Assembly (NCBI GenBank): GCA_050304475.1
Contig: JBNLDQ010000003.1
Location: forward strand, 143,833 to 207,832
Direction of reading: 5' to 3'
Source of the DNA: Turneriellaceae bacterium
GTDB taxonomy: Bacteria > Spirochaetota > Leptospiria > Turneriellales > JAOUFE01
Length of the DNA: 64,000 nucleotides
Under the pieces are notes generated by a model, which saw nothing but the letters and a program-made list of their open reading frames with translations, searched no databases and had not been told where the DNA came from. Made by a program: the position numbers and the translations under genes. Position 1 is the first letter of the stretch; every line of letters starts with the position of its first letter. Positions 1-9,569 of this stretch are shown here, piece by piece.

Positions 1-47
1 CAACCATTATCCTTTTTTGCATGGCAATATTTGCGGTATGCAAGCCG

Positions 48-80
48 CCGGCCGTTCCTTACGGCCGGTTTCGCCTGTTC
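48..80 (+). terminator. Candidate Rho-independent terminator for a + strand gene ending upstream of the window
   Basis: Perfect 8-bp GC-rich stem CCGGCCGT (48-55) / ACGGCCGG (61-68) with a 5-nt loop TCCTT, followed by TTTCGCCTGTTCATTTATT. Confidence 0.45.
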
Positions 81-122
81 ATTTATTGCTTGCCATATTT
101 ACTTTTGAAACCAACTTACCCA

Positions 123-494
123 ATGAAATTTTTTACCGTTCTCTCGCTTGGCTTTTTATTTTTGCATTGTTTTGCCCTTTTCGCCGTTCCGTTTGAAGGG
201 GCCAGATTGACAGAAGCAAACATCAAAAGTTTGCATAATGGAAAATGCGAGGAATTTAGCGCAAACAGCATGTCCGCAAAATCCGCCATGCCCGGCAAGC
301 TCATCGATATCGTAAGCCAGGAAAATTTTATCACGGTAAAAATATTGAGCTGCACGATAAAACAGGTCACGTTTGAATATTACTTGATTCTCGAAAATAA
401 CATATGGATCATGTTCGACGCCGAATCTATCGTAATTACCGATAACAAAACAGATGACCAAAACGGTAACCAAACTACCGGTCAAAATCATTAA
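123..494 (+). CDS. Hypothetical secreted protein; start chosen at the internal ATG after the terminator hairpin
   Basis: From ATG 123 the product begins MKFFTVLSLGFLFLHCFALFAVPFEG, which is signal-peptide-like. The longer 21..494 version would read through the hairpin at 48-68. An antisense ORF (156..491) is an equally long competitor, so the strand is uncertain. Confidence 0.4.
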   Translation: MKFFTVLSLGFLFLHCFALFAVPFEGARLTEANIKSLHNGKCEEFSANSMSAKSAMPGKLIDIVSQENFITVKILSCTIKQVTFEYYLILENNIWIMFDAESIVITDNKTDDQNGNQTTGQNH

Positions 495-621
495 ATAAAA
501 TGTTTTTTGTTTCTGGCTTTTTCATTACAATGTTTGGCACTTCATAATATTGTTACTCCCGTTCCAAAACCACTTCATACTCAGCCCCTTCGAACCTGAC
601 ATGGTGACATTTACATTAATT

Positions 622-649
622 TTGACTTGACATTTTCTTTCGCTATAAT
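622..649 (+). promoter_or_regulatory. Sigma70-like promoter for the 690..1100 gene
   Basis: TTGACT (622-627), 16-nt spacer, TATAAT (644-649). It is followed by SD AAGGAG (677-682), 7 nt before ATG 690. Confidence 0.5.
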
Positions 650-689
650 AATAATAGTTTTATTGTGTACTTACTAAAGGAGTAATACT

Positions 690-1100
690 ATGGCTAAAAT
701 GAATATGAAATCTCTTTATTTTGGGCAACACCTTGGGGACAATAAAGAAGATTTACCCGAAGTGAATCAATACTTTACCTGGGTTGGCGACCAAACGAGA
801 AAAGAGAGCGGTGTTTTCCAAATTGGCAGCAAACTTAGACCCGCAGATGATGCGTATTTATTGATTCGGTCGTATGATGTCGATAACCAAGCCCATACGA
901 TCAGGGTGAACGGAAAAGATTTACCGGGCATTAACCTTGCAACGAAGGCAAAAGAAAAAAGATGGCAAGTTTTTTATGATCAAATACCTGCAAATACTTT
1001 GCATGCCGGCGAGAACTTGGTACAGATCTTTAGAAACAAATCTTCTCTGGATAATTTTGTCATTCACTCCATAATTGTTCATTGGATAGAAAACGATTGA
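690..1100 (+). CDS. Hypothetical small protein (136 aa), family not recognised
   Basis: Clean ORF with a strong SD and a consensus-like promoter. No motif I can assign. Confidence 0.75.
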   Translation: MAKMNMKSLYFGQHLGDNKEDLPEVNQYFTWVGDQTRKESGVFQIGSKLRPADDAYLLIRSYDVDNQAHTIRVNGKDLPGINLATKAKEKRWQVFYDQIPANTLHAGENLVQIFRNKSSLDNFVIHSIIVHWIEND

Positions 1101-1267
1101 TAGCAATATTGTCTATCATGCCATCTTGAGAAAAACCCCGGCTTCGTCGATTGGCTCAGCCAAGTTTTAGAAAGCTGGTTGAAGCATATACTTTTTCTAT
1201 TTGCCCTTGAAAGTAAAAACTTCAAGTATGCCGCAGAATATCAAATGAACGTCAAAAGAAGGTTAAA

Positions 1268-2251
1268 ATGCAAGCGGCATGGTATGAACAATACGGGCAA
1301 CCGAATGTTTTACAACTAAAAGAAATTCCGGTTCCCGCCCCGAAAGAAGATGAAGTATTACTGCAAGTTTACGCCGCCTCGATCAACTCTTCCGATTGGG
1401 AATTCTTAACGGGCAAGCCAATCTATACCCGCATCTGGGGTCTTTTGAAACCGAAAATCCATGTGCTTGGCTCAGACGTAGCCGGCGTTATCGTAAAAAC
1501 GGGAAAAAACGTAAAAAAATTCAAGGCCGGAGACGAAGTATTTGGCGACCTCTTCAACCACTGGGGCGGGTTTGCCGAGTACGCTTGCGCTCCCGAAAAC
1601 GCCCTCACCCGAAAACCGGAAAACGTCACTTTTACGGAAGCCGCCGCGCTCCCCCAATCGTCTCTCATCGCCTGGCAAGCCTTGCGCCGCTTAGACGAAA
1701 ACCTGAAAGACAAAAAACAGGTCAAAGGGCAAAAGCTGCTGGTGAACGGCGCCGGGGGCGGCGGAGGAACATTCGCCCTGCAACTGGCCAGACTATACGG
1801 GTACGAAGCGACTGGGGTAGACAATCGATGGAAACAAAAAACCATGCAAGCGGCCGGGGCCGAACATGTAATCGACTTTCGTAAAACCGATTGCACCAAA
1901 ACCGCAGAGCGGTATCATTTTATCCTGGACTTCGTCGGGCATCATTCAATTGGCGACTATAAAAAGATCTTAACCGATAACGGCCGTTACGTTATGGTGG
2001 GGGGCTCCGCGGGTAACATACTAAACACGCTTCTTTGCGGAAAATGGCTCTCAAAAACCACATCCAAAAAATTCGAGCTTCTTGCCCATGAAGCGAACAA
2101 AGGCATTGAATCCGTTTTAAAGCTTCTCGCGCAAAAAAAGATCAAGCCAATGATCGACCGGGTTTTTTCCCTGCAAGAAATACAAAATGCATTTCAATAT
2201 TTTGCCGAAGGCAAAGCGGGCGGAAAGCTGGTCATTCAAATTAAATCGTAA
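1268..2251 (+). CDS. Medium-chain dehydrogenase/reductase family oxidoreductase (NAD(P)H:quinone oxidoreductase / alcohol dehydrogenase-like)
   Basis: N-terminal GroES-like segment (LQLKEIPVPAPKEDEVLLQVYAASINSSD, GSDVAGVIVKTGKNVKKFKAGDEVFG) and a Rossmann glycine motif LLVNGAGGGGGTFALQLARLYG. Confidence 0.9.
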   Translation: MQAAWYEQYGQPNVLQLKEIPVPAPKEDEVLLQVYAASINSSDWEFLTGKPIYTRIWGLLKPKIHVLGSDVAGVIVKTGKNVKKFKAGDEVFGDLFNHWGGFAEYACAPENALTRKPENVTFTEAAALPQSSLIAWQALRRLDENLKDKKQVKGQKLLVNGAGGGGGTFALQLARLYGYEATGVDNRWKQKTMQAAGAEHVIDFRKTDCTKTAERYHFILDFVGHHSIGDYKKILTDNGRYVMVGGSAGNILNTLLCGKWLSKTTSKKFELLAHEANKGIESVLKLLAQKKIKPMIDRVFSLQEIQNAFQYFAEGKAGGKLVIQIKS

Positions 2252-2360
2252 CGGCAAAACTCCGCGGCAGATCATGCTTTACGCCTTGTGCGGGGTAAAT
2301 GCACAATGTCCGCAACAAGATAAATGCCATATAACCTTTTTCATAACTTCCCGCTTCGCC

Positions 2361-5225
2361 ATGCCAAACCCGATTATACAGAATAAAATCTACATTCCGC
2401 CGCCCGGCCAAAAAGCAATCATCCGATCAACTCTCATTGAACGTTTAAATGAAGGCCGGCATGGCAAACTGACCTTGATTTGCGCCCCCGCCGGTTACGG
2501 AAAATCCACGCTGATCAGCGAGTGGCTGACAGCTACCCGCACAGCGGCGTCCATGGTATCTCTTGATTCCGGCGATAACGATTTTGTCCGGTTCATGACC
2601 TATATGCTGGCGGCGGTCCGAAGCATCTTTCCCGAAAAGGGAGAACGGCTGATGGAAATTGCGCAAAACCAGGCGCCGCAAGCCGAGCCGATGGAAACCT
2701 TCATGGCCACCCTGATCCATGAATTAAATGAAATCGAAAAACCGTACGTGCTGGCGCTGGACGATTACCATGTCATTGAAAACCCGAAAATTAACGAAGC
2801 GGTCTCTTTTCTCATCGAACACCTGCCCTTCTCCATGCAACTGGCAATTTCAACCCGCGAAGAACCCGATTTACCCTTGGCTAAATTTCGGGCCAGGGGA
2901 CAATTAACGGAACTGCGGCCCAACGATTTGTGTTTCAACAAAACAGAGACCTCCCGGTTTTTTCTCAAAACCATGGGCCTGCACCTTTCCGAAAACGACA
3001 TTGAAGCGCTGGTCAACCGAACGGAAGGGTGGATTGCCGGGCTAAATCTGGCGGGAATCTCCATGCTGGCCGCAGACAACCCCCATGAGTTTGTTCTTTC
3101 TTTTGCAGGCAGCCACCACTTTGTCATGGATTATTTAATGGAAGAAGTTTTCCAAACGCAGCCCGAAACGGTTCAAAATTTTCTTTTGAGTACATCCATA
3201 CTAACGTCAATGTGCGGGCCGTTATGCGACGCCGTAATGGAATCGAACGCAGGGCAAGGGCAAGAGCTCCTGGAAAAATTAAACCAGGCAAATATGTTTC
3301 TGGTTCCCCTGGACAATGAACGAAAATGGTACCGTTACCACCATCTCTTTCATGACCTTCTGCGGCAAAGGCTTCGCAAGAAGACCGAGCCCGAGTCCCC
3401 CCAAACTCCGAATCCCCTGGAACATGCACCCGAAATAACCGGAAAAAAAACAAACCGCAAATTCGATTTGCCGAACCTGCATTTGCGCGCCGGCAAGTGG
3501 TATGAAAAAAACAACCGTTTTGCCGAAGCGTTCATTCACTCTCTCGAAGCCGGCGATACCGATAGAGCGGCAACCATGGCCCAAATCGGATACGCCGAAA
3601 TGGAAGCGGCATTTCAGCTGCCGGCATGGCTGGAACTGGTAAAAAAATTACCGAAAGAAAATCTTTATCATCACCCCTTCTTGTGCTACCAGTATGCGGC
3701 CGCCTTAACCGACGTCGGAGAACTGGAAGCAAGCGAAGAGTGGTTAAATCATGCCCAGGAACGGATTGACAGCGAAAAAAGCCCTTCGCCAAACCCCGAA
3801 AGCTGGACCGCCTTGCGCGGCAATATCGCCCGCCAGCGAAGCCATAACGCGCAATCGCGCGGCGATATCCCTTCAACGATAAAGTACATCAAACAAGCCC
3901 TGCAACTCATGCCAGGCGACGATTACCTGGGGCATGGAGCGATGGAAGGCTCGCTGGGTTTGATCCACTGGGTCGACGGCAACTTACCGGCGGCAAAAGA
4001 GTCGTTTCAAAAAACGGTACGCTATTGGCAAAAAGCCGAAAACCTGAATTTTGAAATAGCGACCGGGTACGCCCTAGCCGACCTGGAAACGGCCTGCGGC
4101 AAACTGACCGGAGCGAGAGATATTTGTCACAAGTTGCTGCTCCTCGCCGATGAAAAAAAAGTCAAAGATTTGCATGGCGCGGGCCTGGTACACTTTCGCC
4201 TGGGGATGATTTACCACGAAATGGGCGAGACGGAAAAATCGGATATCCATCTCCGCATCAGCAAAGATATTGCCAACCGGTGTTCCTCGATTTATTGGCC
4301 CTGGATATGGAACCGGGGGCAGGCTATTATAATGGAATCCGCGGGAGAGATGGAAAACGCCTTGGAACGGTTGGAAGAAGCCAAACGCAAAGGAATACGA
4401 AGCTCCGAACCGAACTTGCGCCCCATGGAAGCGATGAAAGCGAAAATTTTTGTAAAAATGGGACGCTTGAAAAAAGCCATGGAATGGGTTGAAGAAAATC
4501 ATATTCCCGATCTGGAAATTTCATACCGGCATGAATTTGAGCTCCTCACTCTCGTCAGAATCACAAGAGAACAAATTACAAAAACGCCTGACGGCGCTAA
4601 CCTTGGTGGCAATATGTCAATCAACCGGGCTTTTCATTTGCTCGATAAACTTTTAGAAAGGGCAAAAAAAGAAAAAAGATACGGCAGCGTCATTGAAATC
4701 CTGGTGCAAAAAAGCCTGACCTGCTCTGCCGCCGGCGACTTTCCGGCGGCATTTGACGCCCTGACCCAGGCGCTGGAAATCGGAGAGCCCGAACGCTTTG
4801 CCCGCGTGTTCATTGACGAAGGTTTGCGCATGATGGAACTTCTGGCCCGACTCAATGATTTGCTCAAAGAGAATCCGGCCGAAGGGGTAGCGCCCGAAGT
4901 TAAAAAATATACCGGGCACCTGCTTTCTTTTTTTCAAAAACAACCCCGGCAAGAAATACCGGCGGTCAAAAGTTCGCCAAAAAAATCAATACGCAATGTA
5001 GAAACGCCGGCTCCCGCATTGGTAGAGCCGTTAAGCGACCGTGAAGTTGAAGTGTTGCATCTTGTCGCGTCCGGGCTTTCCAATAAAGAAATCGGCGATC
5101 GCCTTTCTTTGGAACTCAATACGATCAAGGGTCACAACCGCAATATCTTCAGCAAACTGGGCGTCCGAAGAAGAACCGAAGCCGTTGCCCGCGCCCGCCA
5201 ACTCGGTTTACTATCTGGCCTTTAA
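2361..5225 (+). CDS. MalT-like large ATP-binding LuxR-family transcriptional regulator (LAL/STAND type)
   Basis: Walker A CAPAGYGKST and Walker B-like VLALDDYH. A long helical/TPR-like middle region. C-terminal LuxR HTH: LSDREVEVLHLVASGLSNKEIGDRLSLELNTIKGHNRNIFSKLGV. Start placed at ATG 2361 (MPNPIIQNKIYIPPPG, like MalT N-termini), which avoids overlap with the upstream gene. Confidence 0.9.
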   Translation: MPNPIIQNKIYIPPPGQKAIIRSTLIERLNEGRHGKLTLICAPAGYGKSTLISEWLTATRTAASMVSLDSGDNDFVRFMTYMLAAVRSIFPEKGERLMEIAQNQAPQAEPMETFMATLIHELNEIEKPYVLALDDYHVIENPKINEAVSFLIEHLPFSMQLAISTREEPDLPLAKFRARGQLTELRPNDLCFNKTETSRFFLKTMGLHLSENDIEALVNRTEGWIAGLNLAGISMLAADNPHEFVLSFAGSHHFVMDYLMEEVFQTQPETVQNFLLSTSILTSMCGPLCDAVMESNAGQGQELLEKLNQANMFLVPLDNERKWYRYHHLFHDLLRQRLRKKTEPESPQTPNPLEHAPEITGKKTNRKFDLPNLHLRAGKWYEKNNRFAEAFIHSLEAGDTDRAATMAQIGYAEMEAAFQLPAWLELVKKLPKENLYHHPFLCYQYAAALTDVGELEASEEWLNHAQERIDSEKSPSPNPESWTALRGNIARQRSHNAQSRGDIPSTIKYIKQALQLMPGDDYLGHGAMEGSLGLIHWVDGNLPAAKESFQKTVRYWQKAENLNFEIATGYALADLETACGKLTGARDICHKLLLLADEKKVKDLHGAGLVHFRLGMIYHEMGETEKSDIHLRISKDIANRCSSIYWPWIWNRGQAIIMESAGEMENALERLEEAKRKGIRSSEPNLRPMEAMKAKIFVKMGRLKKAMEWVEENHIPDLEISYRHEFELLTLVRITREQITKTPDGANLGGNMSINRAFHLLDKLLERAKKEKRYGSVIEILVQKSLTCSAAGDFPAAFDALTQALEIGEPERFARVFIDEGLRMMELLARLNDLLKENPAEGVAPEVKKYTGHLLSFFQKQPRQEIPAVKSSPKKSIRNVETPAPALVEPLSDREVEVLHLVASGLSNKEIGDRLSLELNTIKGHNRNIFSKLGVRRRTEAVARARQLGLLSGL

Positions 5226-5251
5226 AAAAAACGCAAACCACACCCGAATCC

Positions 5252-5296
5252 CGCAGACAACGACACTTTAGTGTCTTGCGCCTTTTCCTGTTTTTG
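5252..5296 (+). terminator. Weak candidate terminator after the LuxR-family gene
   Basis: Core stem GACAC / GTGTC with TTTA loop and imperfect flanking pairing, followed by the T-rich CCTTTTCCTGTTTTTGTG. Confidence 0.3.
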
Positions 5297-5321
5297 TGCT
5301 ATCTTCTGCGCTATGCAAAGC

Positions 5322-5344
5322 CGCGGTAAGAACTTCTTACCGCG
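5322..5344. promoter_or_regulatory. Perfect inverted repeat (candidate operator or 5' leader hairpin) upstream of the TonB-dependent receptor gene
   Basis: CGCGGTAAGAA c TTCTTACCGCG: 11-bp arms around 1 central nt, 55 nt upstream of ATG 5399. Confidence 0.4.
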
Positions 5345-5398
5345 CGATGCGACAAAAACAAAAGGCAAATAAAAACAAAGGACTGCAAGGAATATCCT

Positions 5399-7870
5399 AT
5401 GAAACTGATAATGAAAATAAAAAATATACGATACGGTATCTTGATGCATGGCATTTTCTGGGGCATGGGCATTGCCCCCATTGCATTCACTGCATTAGGA
5501 CTAACGTCCCAACTGCAAGCGCAAGAAAACCCGGAATATACGCTGCAAGGGCAGGTATCGGATCCAATGGGCGATCCTCTTGAATTTGCGACTATTGCCA
5601 TTGTCGAATTAAAACAAAAAACCGAAATCGGCGAAAACGGCGCATATGCGATCCGCCTGCCCGCAGGCGAATATACCGTAATTGTCAGCTCGCCCGGGAT
5701 GAAACCCCACCGGGGCACGCTTCAATTGAGTCAAGATCAAACGCTTGATATTGTTTTGGAACCTCACACCATTGGCGGCTCTTCCGTTACAATCGAAGGA
5801 GAACGCGATATCCAGAAGATTTCGCGTTATACGATGGCGAAAGAAGAGATGAAAAATGTACCGGCCTCTTTCGGCGACTCTTTAGGGGCCATTGCAACCA
5901 TGGCGGGGATCGAGCAAAACGGTTTGTTTGGCTCGATGGCGATCCGGGGGCTTGGCGCCACCGAACACCGGTTTTATGTCGACGGCGTTCCTATCCGCGA
6001 ACCCCGGCATTTCGGAGCGCTGCATAGCATCATCAATAACGAAGTTGTTCAAGAAATCGACATCTACTCGTCCGCTTTCCCGGTCGAGTACGGAGCCCCG
6101 ATCGGCTCGGTCTTGCAGTTCAACACCGTCGACCAGGTTGACAAAAGAGAAATCTATGCCGACCTGAGTCTGCTTTCGTTAAATGCCACCATACTCTCTC
6201 CGATTCGCAAACCGGATAGCTCCTCTTCAAACGCAAAAACAGCCGGGTACTGGATCATTGGCGGACGTTACGGGTACACGTCGCTTTTTGCCCCGGCGTT
6301 GGTGAAAGCGATGACAGGCGACGACGGCATTGAGTTTCATAACATTTATTACGACTACCAATTCAAAGGCAAATATTTTCTCAACAAAGACCATTCCATC
6401 ACCATGCTCCTTTTCGGGGGCTACGATAGCGCCACGTTAGACGGCAAGATGCGCGTAAAGACAAAAGAAGAGCTCATTGACGAAGGCGCCGACCCGTTCT
6501 CGCTCGATATGTACGGCCATTTTGACAACAGCTATCACTCTCAATCAATCACCTGCACCTATTTCCCTTCGGACAAATTAAAAAACGAAATGAAACTCTA
6601 TACTTCGCTCAACGAATTGAATATGCATTGGCTTTACAAATCAAAAGAAGTGGCCGAATGGGGCAAAGGAACGACAATCTCGACAGACCCGAATATTTAC
6701 GGTATCAAAGACGATCTTTACCTGGACCTTTTTGATCAAGTCTATTTGATCAAAGCCGGGGCTGATCTCACCTATTACGACTTCAAAGCCTCGGGGAACA
6801 CCATTGTACCGGCCGCTCAAAATACATGGTATATTGACACGCCTGACCCGGCAGACCCCGACCTCTATACCCTTGCCGAAATTTCACAAAGCGCCGTGAA
6901 CAACACTCTTGGCGGTTACCTTGAAAACCGGGTAAACTACCAAGGCCTGACCGTCGCAGGAGGATTTCGGACAGACTATTTAAAAACGCAAAATCAAACG
7001 ATTTTCGACCCGAGAGGGCGCGCCTCGTATACGGCCCCAACGGAAACGACCATATCCGTCGCGGGGGGCCAATACAGCTCCTTTTTTCAAACCAACGTCT
7101 ACTATTTTGAATACCTCCCCCAGATCTTTGAACTGGATTTAAAACCGGAAAGAGCGGTTCACCGTTCCGCCGCCATCGAGCAACGGTTCCTGGAAAAATA
7201 TACCATTACGCTCGAAGGCTACATGAACGACTTTTCCGACCTGGTTCAGGTCGGGGCCAAGCCGAATGTTCTCGCCTCAAATCTGGGCGAAGCGCGAACC
7301 AGGGGCGTAGAGATCACGGTAAAAAAAGACAAAATAACCCGCAAACTCGACTACTACGGCTGGATGAATTATACATACGGGATTTCGGAACAAAAGTCGC
7401 ACCGCCCCGCCGACCCGTTGGGCGAAAAGTGGATTTCGGGCGATTTTGACCGGCGCCACTCCCTGAAAGCCGTAAGCGGGATCCGCTATGGCGCCAGCCT
7501 GTTGGGTCTGCGTTTTCAATATTACAGCTCTTACCCGGAAACGCCCATTGTCGGCGATGACGGGGGAGTTGCCTATACGCTGAGCGGCAGCGCGAACCCG
7601 AATCGCATCCGGTACGCTCCCGCCTATGGCGATAAAAATTCCAGGTTTCGTTCCCCCCAGCACCAACTGGATGTCCGCTTTTCTCGCACGTCGCAATACA
7701 AGTGGGGTTCGTTAAACTGGTACGTCGAAGTCATCAACATCTATAACTTTAAACCGGACGACACCCAGGAGTGGGCATACAACAAACCGTACAGCGACAA
7801 CAACCCGAGTTACGGGAGCAGCGCGGATTTTGCCTTCTTGCCAAACTTCGGAGTCGAAGCAAAATTTTAA
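5399..7870 (+). CDS. TonB-dependent outer-membrane receptor with an N-terminal carboxypeptidase-regulatory-like domain
   Basis: Signal-like N-terminus. CarboxypepD_reg-like segment (GQVSDPMGDPLEFATIAIVE...YAIRLPAGEYTVIVSSPGM). Plug-like segment (VPASFGDSLGAIATMAGIEQNG...MAIRGLGATEHRFYVDGVPI). Long beta-rich barrel ending in the terminal ...FGVEAKF. Confidence 0.9.
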   Translation: MKLIMKIKNIRYGILMHGIFWGMGIAPIAFTALGLTSQLQAQENPEYTLQGQVSDPMGDPLEFATIAIVELKQKTEIGENGAYAIRLPAGEYTVIVSSPGMKPHRGTLQLSQDQTLDIVLEPHTIGGSSVTIEGERDIQKISRYTMAKEEMKNVPASFGDSLGAIATMAGIEQNGLFGSMAIRGLGATEHRFYVDGVPIREPRHFGALHSIINNEVVQEIDIYSSAFPVEYGAPIGSVLQFNTVDQVDKREIYADLSLLSLNATILSPIRKPDSSSSNAKTAGYWIIGGRYGYTSLFAPALVKAMTGDDGIEFHNIYYDYQFKGKYFLNKDHSITMLLFGGYDSATLDGKMRVKTKEELIDEGADPFSLDMYGHFDNSYHSQSITCTYFPSDKLKNEMKLYTSLNELNMHWLYKSKEVAEWGKGTTISTDPNIYGIKDDLYLDLFDQVYLIKAGADLTYYDFKASGNTIVPAAQNTWYIDTPDPADPDLYTLAEISQSAVNNTLGGYLENRVNYQGLTVAGGFRTDYLKTQNQTIFDPRGRASYTAPTETTISVAGGQYSSFFQTNVYYFEYLPQIFELDLKPERAVHRSAAIEQRFLEKYTITLEGYMNDFSDLVQVGAKPNVLASNLGEARTRGVEITVKKDKITRKLDYYGWMNYTYGISEQKSHRPADPLGEKWISGDFDRRHSLKAVSGIRYGASLLGLRFQYYSSYPETPIVGDDGGVAYTLSGSANPNRIRYAPAYGDKNSRFRSPQHQLDVRFSRTSQYKWGSLNWYVEVINIYNFKPDDTQEWAYNKPYSDNNPSYGSSADFAFLPNFGVEAKF

Positions 7871-7936
7871 GAATGCAACCAGGCGGACTTTACGCCCGCA
7901 AACTTCCCGCAAACTTAGTAAGGAGAAAATGAAAAC

Positions 7937-8740
7937 ATGAAAAAAGCACTTGGTATAAAAGTTTTAATCGCATTGTGGGCGCTAACCCAGTTTCATCTGC
8001 ATGCAACGGAAACGACAAAAGAGACGCCAACGGAAATCGAAACCAAAGCGGCGGCAGAGCCTGTAACGGAAACGGCAACGACAACGGAAACTGCCCGGAA
8101 AACCGATCCAGAAACCGGAACAAACCCGGGCGACTTCCCCGTCTCCGAAAAAGATGAGATTGAGACGGGGTTTGAAAACGGGGCGAGCCCCCGTTCCGAA
8201 AATCTCTTTTCCGTTATTCAACAGGGCGGCTGGGTCATGTTCTTTCTTTTAGGAATGCTCCTTTTAGGGATGACCCTGGTCGGAGAGCGGTGCATCTATT
8301 ACGTCGCCCACAAGTCCTGGGAAAAGGCCCCGCTCGAAAAACATCTATATAATACGTTTCAAATGAGCGGCGCAAAATACAAAGAAGAGATGGAAACCGA
8401 TCTGCGCGGGCATCTTCAACTCTACTTCAATCGCCTGGAAAAGAGCCTCAACCTGATTCACGGCATCGGAAATCTGGCGCCGCTGATCGGATTTTTCGGA
8501 ACGGTCATTGGTATGATCCGGGCTTTTGCCGCCATTGCTTCGGCAGCCGTTGTGAATGCCAAGGTTGTCGCCGTGGGCATTCAAATGGCGCTGGTGACGA
8601 CAGCCGGTGGTCTTGCCGTCGCGGTTTTAACTCTTTCTTTTTATCACTTGTTTTCTCATATCGTGCAGTCGCAGTACGCCTTTTCGGATGAAGTCATTCA
8701 AACGCTCGTGGGCAAACTGCCGCCATATTCGGAGAAGTAA
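7937..8740 (+). CDS. exbB: MotA/TolQ/ExbB-family proton channel with a T/E/P-rich N-terminal extension
   Basis: GGWVMFFLLGMLLLGMTLVGERCIYY and LIHGIGNLAPLIGFFGTVIGMIRAFAAIA are typical ExbB/TolQ TM2-TM3 signatures. Confidence 0.9.
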   Translation: MKKALGIKVLIALWALTQFHLHATETTKETPTEIETKAAAEPVTETATTTETARKTDPETGTNPGDFPVSEKDEIETGFENGASPRSENLFSVIQQGGWVMFFLLGMLLLGMTLVGERCIYYVAHKSWEKAPLEKHLYNTFQMSGAKYKEEMETDLRGHLQLYFNRLEKSLNLIHGIGNLAPLIGFFGTVIGMIRAFAAIASAAVVNAKVVAVGIQMALVTTAGGLAVAVLTLSFYHLFSHIVQSQYAFSDEVIQTLVGKLPPYSEK

Positions 8741-8743
8741 CCC

Positions 8744-9184
8744 GTGAACTTCATCCAAAACCCCTGGCTGGCGAAACCGAAAGCAATACGAAAGACAATG
8801 CTTCATACCGAAATGGAAACATCCGCAATCGGAGATATGGCTTTTTTGCTGCTGATCTTTTTTATTGTAACCAGTTCATTTTTAATGAGAATGGGGATTT
8901 TTCTCTCATTGCCTTCGGACTCGGGGGGAGCCATAAAGGTCGAAAAGAAACAGCTTTTCGAGATCACCCCGCTAGGCAACGGTTATCTGGTAGACCAAAA
9001 CCGGGTAACCGGCCTTGAGGCATTGGAACTTTTACGGCAAAAAAAAGAATCGCAAAACAATCTCATTTATGTAGTATACATGAACCCATCGTTAAAATAC
9101 GAGCGGCTGATTGACGCCCTTTCCCTGGCCGGAAAGGCGGGCGTTCAAAACATTTCGGTTAAAGATAAAGTAAAAGATAAATAA
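8744..9184 (+). CDS. exbD: ExbD/TolR-family biopolymer transport protein
   Basis: GTG start 4 nt after the exbB stop. Single TM IGDMAFLLLIFFIVTSSF followed by a periplasmic domain. Confidence 0.85.
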   Translation: MNFIQNPWLAKPKAIRKTMLHTEMETSAIGDMAFLLLIFFIVTSSFLMRMGIFLSLPSDSGGAIKVEKKQLFEITPLGNGYLVDQNRVTGLEALELLRQKKESQNNLIYVVYMNPSLKYERLIDALSLAGKAGVQNISVKDKVKDK

Positions 9185-9185
9185 G

Positions 9186-9569
9186 ATGCGAAAGATCAGC
9201 GTAAAACCGGTCACAGTAGGGGCCGCCATGGCCGACATGGCAATGCTTTTGCTGGTATTTTTTATGACGACGACTACCACCGAACCGCCCGCCGGCGTCG
9301 ACGTTGAACCGCCTTCCGGTTATGTTCAGCCGGCCGAGCAAGAGAGTCTGTATATTACCGTCTCGACAGAGGGCGCGCTTTATTGCGACGGGCAAGCGGT
9401 AACCATGCAAGCTTTACGCAATATATTGGCTTTCCGGGCGCATGAAAAAGAGACGCCTGTTTCAATTACCGCCGACAAAAACCTCGATTACGGCATTGTC
9501 TCGGGTTTGCTGAAAACATTACAGCAAAGCGGATTTTTAAATGTCACTTTTATGGCTGAAGAAAAATGA
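9186..9569 (+). CDS. exbD: ExbD/TolR-family biopolymer transport protein (second copy)
   Basis: MADMAMLLLVFFMTTTTT TM segment and ExbD-like periplasmic domain (PVSITADKNLDYGIVSGLLKTLQQSGF). Confidence 0.85.
   Translation: MRKISVKPVTVGAAMADMAMLLLVFFMTTTTTEPPAGVDVEPPSGYVQPAEQESLYITVSTEGALYCDGQAVTMQALRNILAFRAHEKETPVSITADKNLDYGIVSGLLKTLQQSGFLNVTFMAEEK

Noticed and set aside
156-491. Antisense 111-aa ORF (MILTGSLVTVLVICFVIG...) fully overlapping the + strand ORF at 123..494.
   Set aside because: The two ORFs mirror each other: the hydrophobic N-terminus of each is antisense to the polar tail of the other. Only one can be real. I favoured the + strand ORF because a terminator-like hairpin at 48-68 is followed by a T-rich tract only in the + orientation. 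This is a weak preference, not a firm rejection.
1396-1899. Arg/Gly/Pro-rich ORFs (162 aa on +, 158 aa on -) inside the MDR oxidoreductase gene.
   Set aside because: These are alternative-frame or antisense ORFs within a gene that has clear family motifs. Their low-complexity composition is typical of off-frame reading of GC-richer coding DNA.
2187-2360. The 58-codon N-terminal extension of the MalT/LuxR ORF given in the ORF track.
   Set aside because: It overlaps the 3' end of the upstream oxidoreductase gene by 65 nt. The sequence from ATG 2361 (MPNPIIQNKIYIPPPG) already resembles MalT-type N-termini.
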